Assembly: GCF_009914755.1 (NCBI RefSeq) | Contig: NC_060931.1 | Direction: 5' to 3' (one strand) | DNA length: 64,000 nucleotides | Source of the DNA: the human T2T-CHM13v2.0 reference genome, Homo sapiens | In this document: positions 1 to 14,899 of the stretch, piece after piece | Layout: every line of letters starts with the position of its first letter | How positions within the stretch are numbered: position 1 is the first letter of the stretch | Position numbers and translations under genes: made by a program | The notes under the pieces: model-generated | Told to the model about the DNA's origin: nothing | Databases searched by the model: none | The model's input: the letters and a program-made list of their open reading frames with translations, nothing else

Positions 1-25
1 TTGACGCATAAAATTAACCATCATA
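1..25 (-). mobile_element. 5' terminus of an MLT2 (ERVL) LTR running off the left edge
   Basis: Reverse complement TATGATGGTTAATTTTATGCGTCAA resembles the MLT2 start TGTGATGGTTAATTTTATGTGTCAA. Confidence 0.55.
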
Positions 26-29
26 TAGA

Positions 30-461
30 GTTCTCTATTTTTGTTTCTTTGCTGTACTTTGATCTTTGTGACACTTCATCTGTTGGCCAATTTTCTCTTT
101 TGATTAGCCATTTTTGAAAATGTTATGCAGTTTTATCACTAGAAGAAAAGGAAGAAACACAACTACATGCTTTGCTGCCAGTGTAAGGATTGAATAAAAA
201 ATGTGCAGAGACCAATCACCAATAGACATTGAAAGAAGTGGCATGATTGGTCACTGATCATATGCACATCTGGTAGGCATGTAGTGATTTGTGGGTTGAA
301 GATCTAGAAGTGAAGTTTCTCCTTTATGCAATTACTCACAGTTAATATACTATAGCAACTGAAATCAGAACTGTGGTTGTTGGGGGACTGATGTCATTGA
401 ACTGAACTGTGGCAACTGAAATCTTTGGAATACTGGAGCTGTGCTAAGCAAGGATGGGCTG
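30..461. mobile_element. Possible ancient Tigger-like (TcMar) DNA transposon remnant
   Basis: Ends in GTGCTAAGCAAGGATGGGCTG, resembling Tigger TIR ends; highly diverged. Confidence 0.3.
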
Positions 462-1735
462 ATTATTACTAGGACAATTTTCTGTCTTCTATTTTTATGT
501 TTAGTGCATCTAATTCAACTCACATTTATCAATCCAGATTTTCTTCCAAGATAACTAATATCTTAGTCATCTAACCAATCAAGGACCTCACAATAGTTTA
601 CATGTAGTTTTCACCTAAACCTGGGTATAACGTGTTTATAACCATCTTCCTGGTCCTCCTAAGCACTTATACTTATATCCTAATATTTCATCTCTATTAA
701 GCTCCAGGGGATAATAGGTGTTCTTTAACCCTCTGCAGGATTAGAGAATTGAGGCTGCTTTGTTACTATTGTTCACAATAAACTTCCACAGGAAGTGAGT
801 TAGAAGACTCTAGACCTTTTTAAATCCTGAACTTCCTGGGCATCTTGTCTGAGTGATATCTTCAGTAAAGTGTATCCTAAGAGCTGTCTTTGTGTTTCCT
901 GGGCCTTCTTCACAAGCTTGCTCTCCAAATAGCCCCACATCTGGGAGACTGACTGCTGAGCTCCTAAGTTGAAACACACAGAGTTTTCAAACATGTTGCT
1001 TTGTAGGCGACACCGACAGAGGTACTTCCACCTGACGTTCTATCTGCTGTCTTTCAAATCAGAGTCTGGAAAGAGTAATCCTGCCTTGCTTATTTAGACA
1101 AGGATACCTCTCTCTTTGGCACTGCTATAGAGAGATGTCAACGTCTCTTATTCACAGTCTCCTTCAGTCACTGGGAAATAGGACAATATCCCTAAATTTT
1201 TCTTTTATATAACACAAAACTACCTCAAAAGAATAAGAGATAAACGGTCAGAGGCTTTTTTTTGTCTTTTTATTCTGAGCCCCCAAAGAAAAACCTATAG
1301 TGTCAAGCTGGCAGAATTTTGTAACTATCTTGACCAATGGAGTATAATCACGTAATGCCATGTGCCTTCCAAGGCTAGATGATAAGAACACCTTGCACTT
1401 TGGCCTTGCCTACTTAGGACATTTGTTCCTAAAACCCAGCTGCTAGACATGCTATGAGGAAGGACAGAAAAACCCATGTGCAGAGGCTGTGCAGAGCCAA
1501 TTTGGCCAGTAGTCCATCTGAGGTCCCAGCCAATAATCAGCATCAACTACCAGAGGTGCGAGTGAAAATGCAAGCAGATGATTCCTGCTCCCAGCTCTTG
1601 TCACCCCTAATCTTTGAGTCTGCCAAGCAAATGCCCCCGATGTGGCATAGCAGACATATAAGCATCTGCCCTGCATCCAGACTAAATTCCTGACCCATAA
1701 AATCTGTGAATCTGTGAATACAAATGTTGTTGTTT

Positions 1736-1737
1736 CC

Positions 1738-1804
<67 letters not shown>

Positions 1805-1906
1805 TTCTTTCTCCTTCCTTCCTTCATTTCTTTCTTTCTTTTCCTTTTTCTTTCTTTCTTTCCTTTCTTTCTTCCTTTCTTTCCTGCTTTCTTTTTCTTT
1901 CGTTCT

Positions 1907-1942
<36 letters not shown>

Positions 1943-1960
1943 GTTTTTTTTTTTTTTTTT
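1736..1960. repeat. Compound (TTTC)n/(CT)n/poly-T microsatellite
   Basis: Directly visible; contiguous with the Alu tail. Confidence 0.97.
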
Positions 1961-2253
<293 letters not shown>

Positions 2254-2783
2254 TAATACAATTGTATGCCACTGAGATCGAGGTAGTTGTTATGCAACAA
2301 TTGCAGCTGGAACAAGAACACTTGAACCTGTAATATACTTGAAATCATATGAGCTATGAGATCAGTAAATTATCTTTCCTTATCTATACTTTCTAACATA
2401 ACCACAATGGATATGGATAATTTGTGAAGTCAATAAGAACATAGTGAATGATTGATTCCATGTGGATGGGAGAGGGAAGTGTCTGCAATTTTGCATGTGT
2501 TTCACATCCTTAGATGCTAGTGAGAAGAGGCTGTAATGCATTAATTGTTCCCCTTATCAAATCCATATAATGATAGCACTGGTATCACATTACCTTTACT
2601 TGTGAACGTGTTGCATTAGAAATTTCTTTAGAAGTAGTTCCCAAACTGTAACAGAATGTGATGTGATAATTTCCTACCCTCACCAAGTAATGCCAAGATG
2701 TAGAAGTCTCTTTACTCTTTGTAGCCAAATGGTTAATCCTGGGAGAGTGGCATATTTGAATTCTTTTTTTTGTTTTGCTAGTC

Positions 2784-3045
2784 TTTTTTTTTTTTTTTTG
2801 AGACAGGGTCTCATTCTGTCACCCAGGCTGGAGTGCAGTGGCATAATCACGGCTCACTGAAGACTCGACCTTCCAGGCTCAGGTGATCTTCCCACCTCAG
2901 CCTAATAGCTGGGACTATGGGTGTGCACCATGAAGCCTGGCTAATTTTTTGCAGTTTTTCATAGAGATGGTGTTTCTCCATTTCGCCCAGGCTGGTCTCA
3001 AACTCCTGGGCTCAAGCAGTCTACCCATTTCTGCCTCCCAAAGTG
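2784..3045 (-). mobile_element. AluJ, slightly 5'-truncated
   Basis: Poly-T then GAGACAGGGTCTC...CTCCTGGGCTCAAGCAGT...CTCCCAAAGTG; J-type diagnostics. Confidence 0.93.
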
Positions 3046-5305
3046 GGCCATCTTTCATTTCTCCATCTCAGTCTGAGTCTGTGCTTGAACTGATGTACTT
3101 AGAGATTAAGGACCTTTCTGAGCAAAGTCAAATGAGCCATCCAGATGGTTCTGGTCTTCAGAAGGATCAGAGGTAGTCTGAATAGCAAGTAAGGATCAAC
3201 TCAACCACCAGTTCACCAAATAAAGCCAAAACATTGACATCAAGGAATAAGCCATTGGCTGACATAAGTACGTGCTCCAGCAATTGCTTGTTTCAACTAT
3301 TTGAATTCAACACATTATTGCCACTAGGCAATTTTAATTAATTAATTTATCTTTAGCAAGTGAATGTAACTTATTTTTCCATCTTCTTGGGGAGAGGGGA
3401 AAGCATTTGCCATTTTCAGAGTAAATTGGTCTGGGTTAGAAGGGAGCCCCCATAGCATCAGCAGAAAGCAAATTCTATAGTCAAGTTTCACAACCATTAA
3501 ATTTTAAGATTATATTCTGACGGTACTTCTTAGAAAAAAGAAAGAAGTAAAATTTCACCTATGAGATAAATTAGAGGCTAAATTGCTACTTCTTGTCTTC
3601 TTGTAATCTAAAAGAAGATACTCTCAAAAAATCTTTAAAAAAAAGTTGTCTTGATCATTTTTGCATGAAATAGCTGGAGATTAGAGGAAGAAATGGCAAG
3701 GCACTTGGAGGAATAGAAAAATGAAAATAACCAAAATTACATCTTTGTTACATGAGGGGCCAAAACCAGAAAACTTCATACAAGGTTTTGTGTCTTGGCA
3801 GCAAGTATTGCCCCTACACCATAGAATGTCATTGCAATCATATGGTATCAATAACAAACGAATTATGGCCAGAATGTCTAAGATCTGTTCTTCTAGACTT
3901 TAGATGTGAATTCCTCTTCTCAAAAATCTCAAATGCATGTTCATTCTGAACTCTGGCTGTTTTTTGACCTTTTTGCTGACCTGAAAGGGTTATATAGCTA
4001 GAGTAAGACTGAAACTAGTTCCTGAAACATCCCTCAGAGTGGCCAAAACATTTTCTTTATGACTGTGAAACAATTCCAGCTCACGTTGCTTTCTGTAATA
4101 CAGCTTTCTAGACTACTGAATTCTACAGTATTTTCCAGCATAATCCTTTTCAGTTTCTGTCTCAAGACTTGAGTTAGGCTCTTTCAATAGGGCCTAAACA
4201 CACTACCAATTGATAGCATTATGCTGAGCTGAATTATGCTGAATTAGACTTTGGTACCAGAAACCAGAAATGGGAGCCCATATCTATTATCTGTCTCATT
4301 TTTAGTGGTCTTTGTGGTCTGCATGGTCAAGACATAAAAGCCTTAACTAGGACGGTAAGAATGGAGAAAAGAAAATCATGAGAGGACTTGCTGACATTCT
4401 AATAGTGGGTTGTAGGGGAAGAAGAAGCAAAGCTAAGACTTCTGGGTAACTGGACTAACGCTATGATGCCTAACTGAGAAGAAGGATAACTTAGTTTTGG
4501 ATGGTTACACCCTAAACTAAAAAAATGTATTAAAGTAAGACATTTTAAAACTTTATCATAATATCTTGATTTGATTTTCTAAAGAATTCTGCATTAAACA
4601 TCTTAATGATGAATTACTAAAGGAATTTCTGTTAGTAAGAGAAAAAGCCTGACTACTTTCACTGACAGTATTCAGTACTGTTCTGGTTTTATTTCCAGTG
4701 CAATATGACAAGAAAAATAAGATATACATATTAAAATTAAACATAAGTTACACAGCCACTGATATAATTTTCAGAAAATGAAATAAAAAATTAATAAAAA
4801 TGAGTTAAGAGGACAGATAGAAAACAAAATAAACTCAAAAGAATTCTCATGAATCAGACTTAATCAAATTGAATTTGTAAAAGCAGAGAGTTTCTATTTA
4901 CACTGAAAACTCTAAAATATCTTAATATACACTTAGAAAAAGTAAGTTTTCCCTATGTGGATAAATTTACAGAATGTTACTTAGACTGTAAGACCTAGCT
5001 AATGGAGAGACATCATCTGACTAGATGAGAATATTCAGTATTATTTATATGTTGATTATCTCAGCCTTCTCCAAATTAATTATGTTTAATAAAATTTTAA
5101 TCAAATTATTAAGTTTTTTTGGAAGTTGAGTGCTTGACTCCAAATTTCTTCTGGAAGAAAAATGTGTATGAATACCTTATATTTGATAAGAATGTGGAAA
5201 GGTTTGCTCTATTATATATAAAAAATAAAGCTAATCAAAACAAAATTAAAGGACAAACTATATTATAAATATTCGTTAAAATAATTATAAAGACTGTCTA
5301 CAATG

Positions 5306-5732
<427 letters not shown>

Positions 5733-5961
5733 TCACTGCTTCTTTGTTTTGTTATGGTTGTTTCTCTTTCACATATAAGAGGTTTAGCAATTTGACACCC
5801 AGTGTATTTCAGACAGAAATGTCACTTATGTCTGTGGTAATGTAATTTTGGGGGAACATTGTACTGTATCTATAGTTTAAAGTGCTCTTAGTTTTTGACC
5901 TAGCAATTCCACCTGTAGAATTTTTTTTCTACAAAATAGACATATAAAAATACAAAGATAC

Positions 5962-6390
<429 letters not shown>

Positions 6391-6410
6391 CTAACTTGTG
6401 TAAGTTATAA

Positions 6411-6843
6411 TCTATTTCAGTTATGAGTGGTAGAAAACCCACTGTAACTCAAACAAGATGAATATTCATTTCTCTCTCTTGTCAAAGCCCAGATAGGCAG
6501 TCTAAGGTATATATAACAAATGATTATATCAGGGTCCAGGCTCCTTCTGTCTTGTGGTCACTGTATGAAGCTCAACCTCAAGGTAGGGGATGGCAGTATG
6601 TGCTTATAGGCAGCACTGTGGAAGGGAGATACAAAAGCAAAGTGTGTAGGCATTCATCTCTTTAGGAAGGATCTTGGAGTCTGCCATGCCATACTTCTAC
6701 CTACATCCTGTTATTAAGAACTTAGTAACATGGTTGCACCTTTATTCTAGGCAGCCATCTGCCTAGCTAAAAATGTGGAGGGTATATTGCCATATAAGAA
6801 AGGGAGAATGAATTTTAGCAACAACTAGTGGTTTTTGCCATGT
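6411..6843 (-). mobile_element. MLT1K/L-type MaLR LTR
   Basis: CCAGGCTCCTTCTGTCTTG, AGAACTTAGTAACATGG, TTATTCTAGGCAGCCATCTGCCTAGCTAAAAAT, GGGAGAATG resemble antisense MLT1K/L. Confidence 0.7.
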
Positions 6844-6974
6844 GACTGAATGACCAACAGGGAAATATATTCCAGGACATCATACAATTAAATACTATGC
6901 AGTTGTTACAGACTCAGGCAGCTCTACATTCTTGCAGAACAGGGTGTTTATTAATCATTTAAAAAAATGCATGC

Positions 6975-9476
6975 AAAAAGCCCACATATGTTCACCGAAA
7001 GACACATAAAAATGTTTATTCCTCCATTATTTGTAATAACCCAAATTTTAAAATGCCACAAATGTTCACCAAAAGTACAATGGGTAAGTAAACTGTATCA
7101 TATTTATCTAGTAAAATATTATACTATAGGTTATGGGAATGAACAAAGTGTTGCCATACATAATAATATGGATGACTCCTAATGTTGAGCCAAAGAAGAG
7201 AGGCATAGAACATATAATTTACAATCCCACTTATATAAAGTCCAAAAACAGATAAAATTAACCTACAATGCTAGAAAGCAGAATAAAGTCAAGGAATGGT
7301 CGTGGCAGGAAAGGAGAATGAAGGAGACTTCCGGGGGTCTAGTAATGTTCTACTTATCTTTATTATTTTTTTTTAATTGTTATACTTTAAATTCTAGGGT
7401 ACATGTGCACAAAGTGCAGGTTTGTTACATAGGTATATATGTGCCATGTTGGTTTGCTGCACCCATCAACTCATCATTTACATTAGGTATTTCTCCTAAT
7501 GCTATCCCTCCCCAAGCCCCCCACCCCCCAGTAGGCCCCAGTGTGTGATGTTCCCTGTCCTGTGTCCATGTGTTCTCGTTGTTCAACTCCTACCTATGAG
7601 TGAGAACACGGCGGTGTTTGGTTTTCTGTCCTTGTGATAGTTTGCTTAGAATGAGATTTCCAGCTTCATCCATGTCCCTGCGAAGGACATGAACTCATTC
7701 TTTTTTATGGCTGCATAGTATTCCATGGAAAATATGTGCCATATTTTCTTAATCCAGTCTATCATTGATGGACATTTGGGTTGGTTCCAAGTCTTTGCTA
7801 TTGTGAATAGTGCCACAGTAAGCATACATGTGCATGTGCCTTTATGGTAGCATGATTTATAATCCTTTGGGTGTATACCCAGTAATGGGATTGCTGGGTC
7901 AAATGGTATTTCTAGTTCTAGATACTTGAGGAATCGCCGTACTGTCTTCCACAATGGTTGAACTAATTTACACTTCCACCAGCAGTGTAAAAGCATTCCC
8001 ATTTCTCCACATTCTCTCCAGCATCTGTTGTTTCCTGGCTTTTTAATGATTGCCATTCTAACTGGCGTGAGATGGTATCCCATTGTGGTTTTGATTTGCG
8101 TTTCTCTGATGACCAGTGATGATGAGCATTTTTTTCATAAGTCTGTTGGATGCATAAATGTCTTCTTTTGAAAAGTGTCTGTTCATATTCTTTGCTCACT
8201 TTTTGATGGGATTGTTTGTTTTTTTCTTGTAAATTTGTTTAAGTTCTTTGTAGATTCTAGATATTAACCCATTGTCAGATGGGTAGATTGCAAAGATTTT
8301 CTCCCATTCTGTAGGTTGCCTGTTCACTCTGATGATAGTTTCTTTTGCTGTGCAGAAGAAGCTCTATTTATCCCATTTGTCTATTTTGGCTTTTGTTGCC
8401 ATTGCTTTTGGTGTTTTAGTCATGAAGTTTTTGCCCATGCCTACGTCCTGAATGGTATTGCCTAGGTTTTCTTCTAGGGTTTTTATGGTGTTAGGTCTTA
8501 CATTTACGTCTTTAATCCATCTTGAGATATTTTTTGTATACAGTGTAAGGAAGGGATCCAGTTTCAGCTTTCTACATATGGCTAGCCAATTTTCCCAGCA
8601 CCATTTATTAAATAGGGAATCCTTTCCCCATTTCTTGTTTTTCTCAAGTTTGTCAAAGATCAGATGATTGTAGATGTGTGGTGTTATTTCTGAGGCCTCT
8701 GTTCTGTTCCATTGGCCTATATATCTGTTTTGGTACCAATACCATGCTGCTTTGGTTACTGTAGCCTTGTAGTATAGTTTGAAGTCAGGTAGCATGATGC
8801 CTCCAGCTTTGTTCTTTTTGCTTAGGTTTGTCTTGGCTATGTGGGCTCTTTATTGGTTCCATATGAACTTTAAAGTAGTTTTTTCCAATTCTGTGAAGAA
8901 AGTCAGTGGTAGCTTGATGGGGATAGCATTGAATCTATAAATTATTTTGGGCAGTATGGCCATTTTCACGATATTGATTCTTCCTATCCATGAGCATGGA
9001 ATGTTCCATTTGTTTGTGTCCTCTTTTATTTTGTTGAGCAGTGGTTTGTAGTTCTCTTTGAAGAGGTCCTTCATGTCTCTTGTAAGTTGTATTCCTAGGT
9101 ATTTTATTACTTTGTAGTAATTATGAATGGGAGTTCACTTATGATTTGGCTCTCTGTTTGTCTATTATTGGTGTATAGGAATGCTTGTGATTTTTGCGCA
9201 TTGATTTTGTATCCTGAGAGTTTGCTGAAGTTGCTTATCAGCTTAAGGTGATTTTGGGCTGAGATGATGGGGTTTTCTAAATATACAATCATGTCATCTG
9301 CAAACAGAGACAATTTGACTTCCTCTTTTCCCGATTAGGAAAAGAGGTAATGTTCTATTTCTTGAACTGAGTGCTGTTTTTTGGGGCATATTCACTTTGT
9401 AAAAATTCATCATTATACACTTGTGATTTGTGCAATTTGGAGTATGGATGTTACACTTCAGTAAGATTTTTTTAAA
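6975..9476 (+). mobile_element. L1ME 3' end (6975-7355 and 9347-9476), split by L1PA insertion
   Basis: L1ME 3'UTR motifs CCACTTATATAAAGTCCAAAAACAG, GTAATGTTCTATTTCTTGA, TTCACTTTGTAAAAATTCATC. Confidence 0.75.
7356..9346 (-). mobile_element. 5'-truncated L1PA (PA5-PA7, likely L1PA6), about 2.0 kb, frameshifted ORF2 RT/C-terminal
   Basis: ORF2 peptides [39 protein letters not shown]; L1PA 3'UTR; TSD GTAATGTTCTA(C/T)TT at 7342-7355 and 9347-9360. Confidence 0.96.
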
Positions 9477-9534
9477 GCATAGTTATATATTGAGCATACA
9501 TGAAAAATCTGGAAGTGTATATGCCATAGCAAAT

Positions 9535-9737
9535 TAGGAATCTGCACATTTTTTTCTGCAAAGGGCCAGTTACTGTATATTTCACGCTTTGTAACAGCAG
9601 AGCCGTACAGTCTCTGTCACAACTACTTAATTTCACTGTTGTTATGTGAAAGCCAACATAGACAATGCATAAATAAATGGGTTCTACTAAAATTTATTTA
9701 CAAAAACAGTTGAAAGACTGTAGTTTTCTAGCTCCTA
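9535..9737 (+). mobile_element. MER58A (hAT-Charlie MITE)
   Basis: TTTTTCTGCAAAGGGCCAG, GTCTCTGTCACAACTACT, CATAGACAAT, TTTATTTACAAAAACAG. Confidence 0.8.
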
Positions 9738-12059
9738 TACTGAATTGTTCATAGTGCTTACTGCTGGGACTAGGGTTGAGGGGAAGAATGCCGTTTAGTC
9801 TTTAGAAGTTTCTAAAATGTCTCATATTTTAAAGTTAGCAGTTAATTTAAAGCACCTACCTTTACTAAAAGCTTATTGTTACAAATGTTTTCCTGAAACA
9901 ACAACAACAAAAACACTGGATCTAAGTGCAATCAGTGAGCCTCAAGGTAATGTAATAAAATACAAATCCGACACAAGTTAGGCAGCAAAGTATTCAGCAT
10001 ATTATCTGTCACCTAAAATGTCCCAAAGAGTATAGAATATTTTCTTGCAAATTAATAATAAATATATAACATCTGTTAACAATAAAAAGCCCTATTCACC
10101 AATGTGCTTTGTCTATAATAGTAATTTTCCATTTTAAAAACAGGTATTGGCCATGACACCCATAGTGTCAACTTTCCATGTTGTAACAAGAAAGTCATTG
10201 TTTTACTCTTCATATGGGGTATATGTTTTGATCAAGATGTAAACATACCAGTAGCATAAATGTGCATATGCAAAAGAAAACTATGATTCATGGACTAAAA
10301 TAGCATTCACAAATAAGCTGGCATTGCTTTTGAACTTTGCTAAGATAAGAGTTCAATTGTTTTGCCTTAGCAATAGGAAAACAAATGTAAGCCAGAGACC
10401 ATGGCTTCTAAGGATTTAAGATCCTCTTGCAGACCCAAGATATATACAGGCAATAGGTCACTGAGCTTAGACAGGCTGTGCCTTTTTTTGTGATACGTAT
10501 ATGCAAATGCTATAAAAATGAAAAAAATGTTGCTTTTCAAATAAATATGATAGATAAGACTTGGAGAAGGACAGAGGAAAACCAGACTCTCAGGACTGGG
10601 GCAACACCAGGAAAAACAGAGAACAAACTTCCAAAGGAGCATGAGTTGCTCAAAGGACAGCAAAATCCGTTTGCTTTGAGGGAAAGCCAGTTTAAAGAGC
10701 ATGCAATTTCTCCTGAGTTCAATGGGAAGACAGTGGGAGATTGAGCAAGGAATTAATGAGCTCTTAGGAAGACTAATTTTAAGACTATGTGTACAGCTCA
10801 TGACCTTTTCCCCCACTCCCTTTCAAATACCAAGTTCTACTATTACAAAAATTCAGGCCGGGATCTGAGGCTGGCCCAGGAGCCTAGAGTCTCCAATCAG
10901 GGTAATGACAGTATATATACCTAGAAAGGGCAAGTAGTTTACTTTCCCCATCTGAACGAGCAATGCTTTTAGCAAAACTGTGGTTGGAAAAGGCAATAGT
11001 TCATGCTAATGCTGTTTTTTGATTGTTTGTTTTAATGATAATCTTCTATCTATATGATTTCTACCAACATATCTGACAAAATTCCATTTAAGCTCAAATC
11101 TTAACAATGCCTGACAGAAGGTCAAATCTTTATCAAACACATTTCTTAAGTACCACAGTTTTTTGGCAGTGGCCCATTCTTTTAACCCCGTTAAACTTTG
11201 ACTCTGTTTCCAGGCTTCTGGACCTTGTGAACAGTGTCAGAACTAGACAAAGTCTTTCTGAAGCTTCCCTATCCTACAGGAGCCTTGCTTTGCGTTTTTT
11301 TTCTTTATTTTTTTGTTTTGTGGATTGCCCTGTGAGAGTACAAGAAGGCTAAGCCAGCTGTTATGACACTGATGTTTGACCCTAAACTACTTAAAATGCC
11401 TATCATTCCTAATATCATGAATCAGGCAAAATCTAGGTCAAGACGTTTTTGGGAGAAGGAGAATATGAGAGGATCTTGTTCTCTCACATTAATAGAGTAT
11501 TATTTTTCCTTGGAAGATAGCAGGGTAAATATGAGAGTGGAAAATAAGACCCTCAATCTATGCTGATGGGGGATGGAGAAAAGCATGGCAACAATAAACT
11601 TCAGTAAAGAGGCAACTTCTGCAGAGATGGACTGTACTAAAATGAACTACCTTTGGCAAAGAGACATGATAGGCTCCATTGTAGCTGGGGTTAAGGGAGC
11701 TGAGCACCTGAGTGTTTTTTTCCATGGCATACTAGTTTTTTAAATGTTGAAAAAAGAAAGTTGTTTAATCTTCAGAAAGGTCTTTGGAAAGATGAGATGA
11801 TGGGAATACATACAAATTAGTTTACTCTCTTGAGAGACCATAACTAAGCCATTTATTTTGGTCAGCTTCTGGCCTTACATGACCACGGTTTGGGAGCATA
11901 AGGGAATGGTTCATAATTTTATGGGATCCTAGCTTTCACCATAGCTCCTACTCAGTCTCTGGAGCTCCTGCTATCTCCATCCCCTTATCCTCAGGCTCTT
12001 TGAGGGCTATTATTTATTAGATAAAACATCTTACCATTGAAGTTAGAATTATTTACATG

Positions 12060-14660
12060 TTATATATTTTTATCTTTTTACTTTTAACCTACCTATAAAA
12101 TTATATTTGAAGTGATTTTTATGTAGACAGCATATACTTGAGTCACATATTTTATCTACTTTGACAATCTTTTCTTTTAATTAGCATGTTTAGACTATTT
12201 ACATTTAATGTAATATTGAGTTTTTAAAAATTAGGCCTGAAATTTTATTTTATTTTTGTTAGCTACCTCTGTTTTTTCCCATGTTTTATCTTTTCTGCCT
12301 TGTTTTAGGTTACATAAATTATTTTTTTTTGGTGTTCGATTTTATCTATGTGCTTTCTATTATATCTCCATATAGACTTCTTAGTGGCTAATCTAGGCAT
12401 TACAGTATACATACTTAACTTTTCACCCTCTACTTAAAATCAATATTTTATTGCATCAAGTGGAATATAGACGAGTACCTAAAATACAGGTCTTACCCTT
12501 CCTCTTTTATGTTGTAGTTGTCCTGTGTATTTTCATATTCATTGAAAATACCATCAGATAATATAAAAAGTTTTGCTTTTAATCATCAAACATATTTGGA
12601 CTCAAGAGGAGAAAAATAGTCTATTGGAGTTACCCATTTATTTGCCATGTCTATTGCTCTTTCTTCATTCTCAAAGTTTCAAGTTTTCTTCTGGTATAAT
12701 TTTCCATCTGAGAACATTTCTATAGGAATTCTTTTGGTGTAGGTCTACTAGCAAAAAAAACTCTTTTAGTTTTATTTCAGCAGAGAATGTCTTTGCTTAA
12801 TTTTTATTCCAGAAAGATATATTTGCTGCACGTAGAATTCTAAATTGATTGTCCTTTTCTTTCAGCACTTGAAAACTGTTGTCTCGCTTTCTTTCCTAGT
12901 TTCTCCATGTAGTTTTTGATGACAAATCCAGTTATTCAAACTGTTGTTTCTCTATATGTAATGCCTTGTCTCCGGCTACTTTCAAGGTATTTTCTTTACA
13001 TTTGGTTCACAGAATTTGATTGTTTTATGGTTTTAAGATATATCCTGTTTGGTGTTTACTTAGCTTTTTGAGTAGATAGATTTAAGTCTTTCACCAAATA
13101 TGAAAACTTTTCTTCAAATATATTTTCTTCAAATACTCTTCCTATACTGCATCTTTCTCCTTTATTTCTAGTTCCTTAGTGACATGAACACTAGATATTT
13201 TGGTATTGTCACTCAGGTCCCTAAGGCTCTACTAATTTTTTGTTTTTAATATTGTTCTCCCTGCTAAATTATCAATGAATAATTCCATTGGTCTGTCTTC
13301 AAGTTAACTGACTCTTTCCTCTGTTCTCTCTATTTAACTACTGAGTGTATCTAGTGAATCTTTTCAGGTTATTTTTAGTTCTAAAATTTTCCTTCGGTTC
13401 TTTTCTATATCCTTTACTTATTTCCTCAGACTTTCTATTTATGCAGTCATTCCAAGAATGTTTGACTTTATATTCCGGAGTATTTTTATAACAATGCATT
13501 AAAGGCTGCATTAAAGTCTTTGTCAGTAAATTCTAACATCTGTGTCATTTTAGCACTAGCAGCTATTGATTTTTTTCCATGTATGTTGAGATTTTTCTGT
13601 TTCTTCATATGCTGAATAATTTTGGATTGTATCCTGTATAATTTTGAAAATTATAACATAAAAGTCAGGGCATTTCTTTTATTAGGCAATCAGTCCAGTT
13701 AGATTCGTGTTGCAAGGTCCAACTAGCCTTCTGTGGGTGGTGATTTCAATGTCTGTTCTATTTTTAAAGACTTTGTAGTGCTATTTGGATTGGTATTGGA
13801 TGTGTGTCACCAAGCAGTCAGTCTGAGACCTGGGTAGTGGTAATCCCTTAGTTCAATTCGAAAAGTTATTGGTATGCTGTTTGGGCCTGGTTCCATGCAT
13901 GCACAGCTTAGGAGTGAGCCCAGGAGTTCGTAAGCAAATTTATAGAGTTCATTTACCCAAATTCCTCTCTCTCCATAATCTGTCTCTACTTTTTGATTCC
14001 CTAAAGTTCCTTTTTTTAGTCCTCCAGCAGTAAAGCCCGAGTTTTATTTGCCCTGCTCTGCTGCACTCTTCCCACAGATACACCCATATTTGGGTGAAAA
14101 GTCAGCAGGACGGAGAGGGAAAAAAGCAACAGGAGTCCATCCCATTCTCTTGAGACAACAGGTTCACTGATCACAGAGAAAATTTCTTTTCCCTCAGAGT
14201 TTAGGCACCTTCAGGTCTGTGCTGTCACCAATATCCTTACTGCTACTGCCATGGAGCAGGGATTCAAGATAACCAAAGGAAGACAAAGGTAAAGAAAAAT
14301 AAGAAGTTTTCTCCACTCTCTCTGAGCACTCAAAGATTGTTTTTTTCACATCTTGAGCCAGAACTAGAAGACTTCCATTGCTCTCTCTCTTTCTATATCA
14401 ATACCCACTTCTGGGATTCAGGCTTCCTTGGACCCAGGCTGGCAGATGGAGAGCAAAAAATGGTAAGAGAGCAAAAATTTTTTTGGGGGGCAAAAAATGA
14501 TCAGCTCATTATAGGTTCTGCAATACTTCTAATTATAGTCATCTTCTCCAGTCTACCTGCTCTTACTTACTTTCAGAATTTTCATATAGCTGCTCCAGGC
14601 ATTCTTTATGGGTTTTATGGGTGCATTCGGTTAGAGAAATAGGATGTACTTAAACTGTTT
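12060..14660 (-). mobile_element. Ancient L1M (L1MC/ME-type) 5'UTR-ORF1-inter-ORF remnant
   Basis: Antisense L1 motifs GTAGACAGCATATA, TTTACATTTAATGTAAT, TTTTCTTTCAGCACTTGAAAA, CTGTCTTCAAGTTAACTGACTCTTTCC. Confidence 0.75.
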
Positions 14661-14899
14661 AATCCAATATTTTTAAAATATCACATTACACAGCAGAAAA
14701 ACAATGAAGTTAACAAGGTTGCATATCAGGTTTAGTTGCAAGTAAACATTTGACATATTCATTTTAAGTGCTAAAAACTATTCTAATATCTTGCCTTCTA
14801 TATGGTAAGAAGTGTCAAGAGCCAGATCTTGATTCCCTAGCTCCATATGGCAGTAGAATTCCCAATAAAAGCCAGAATTTATTATTTATTAGCTAGGTT

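Noticed and set aside
7646-9313. RT-like ORFs as a functional gene
   Set aside because: Frameshifted fragments of truncated L1PA ORF2
10367-10816. 149-aa ORF in unique sequence
   Set aside because: Non-ATG start, no recognisable domain; consistent with chance
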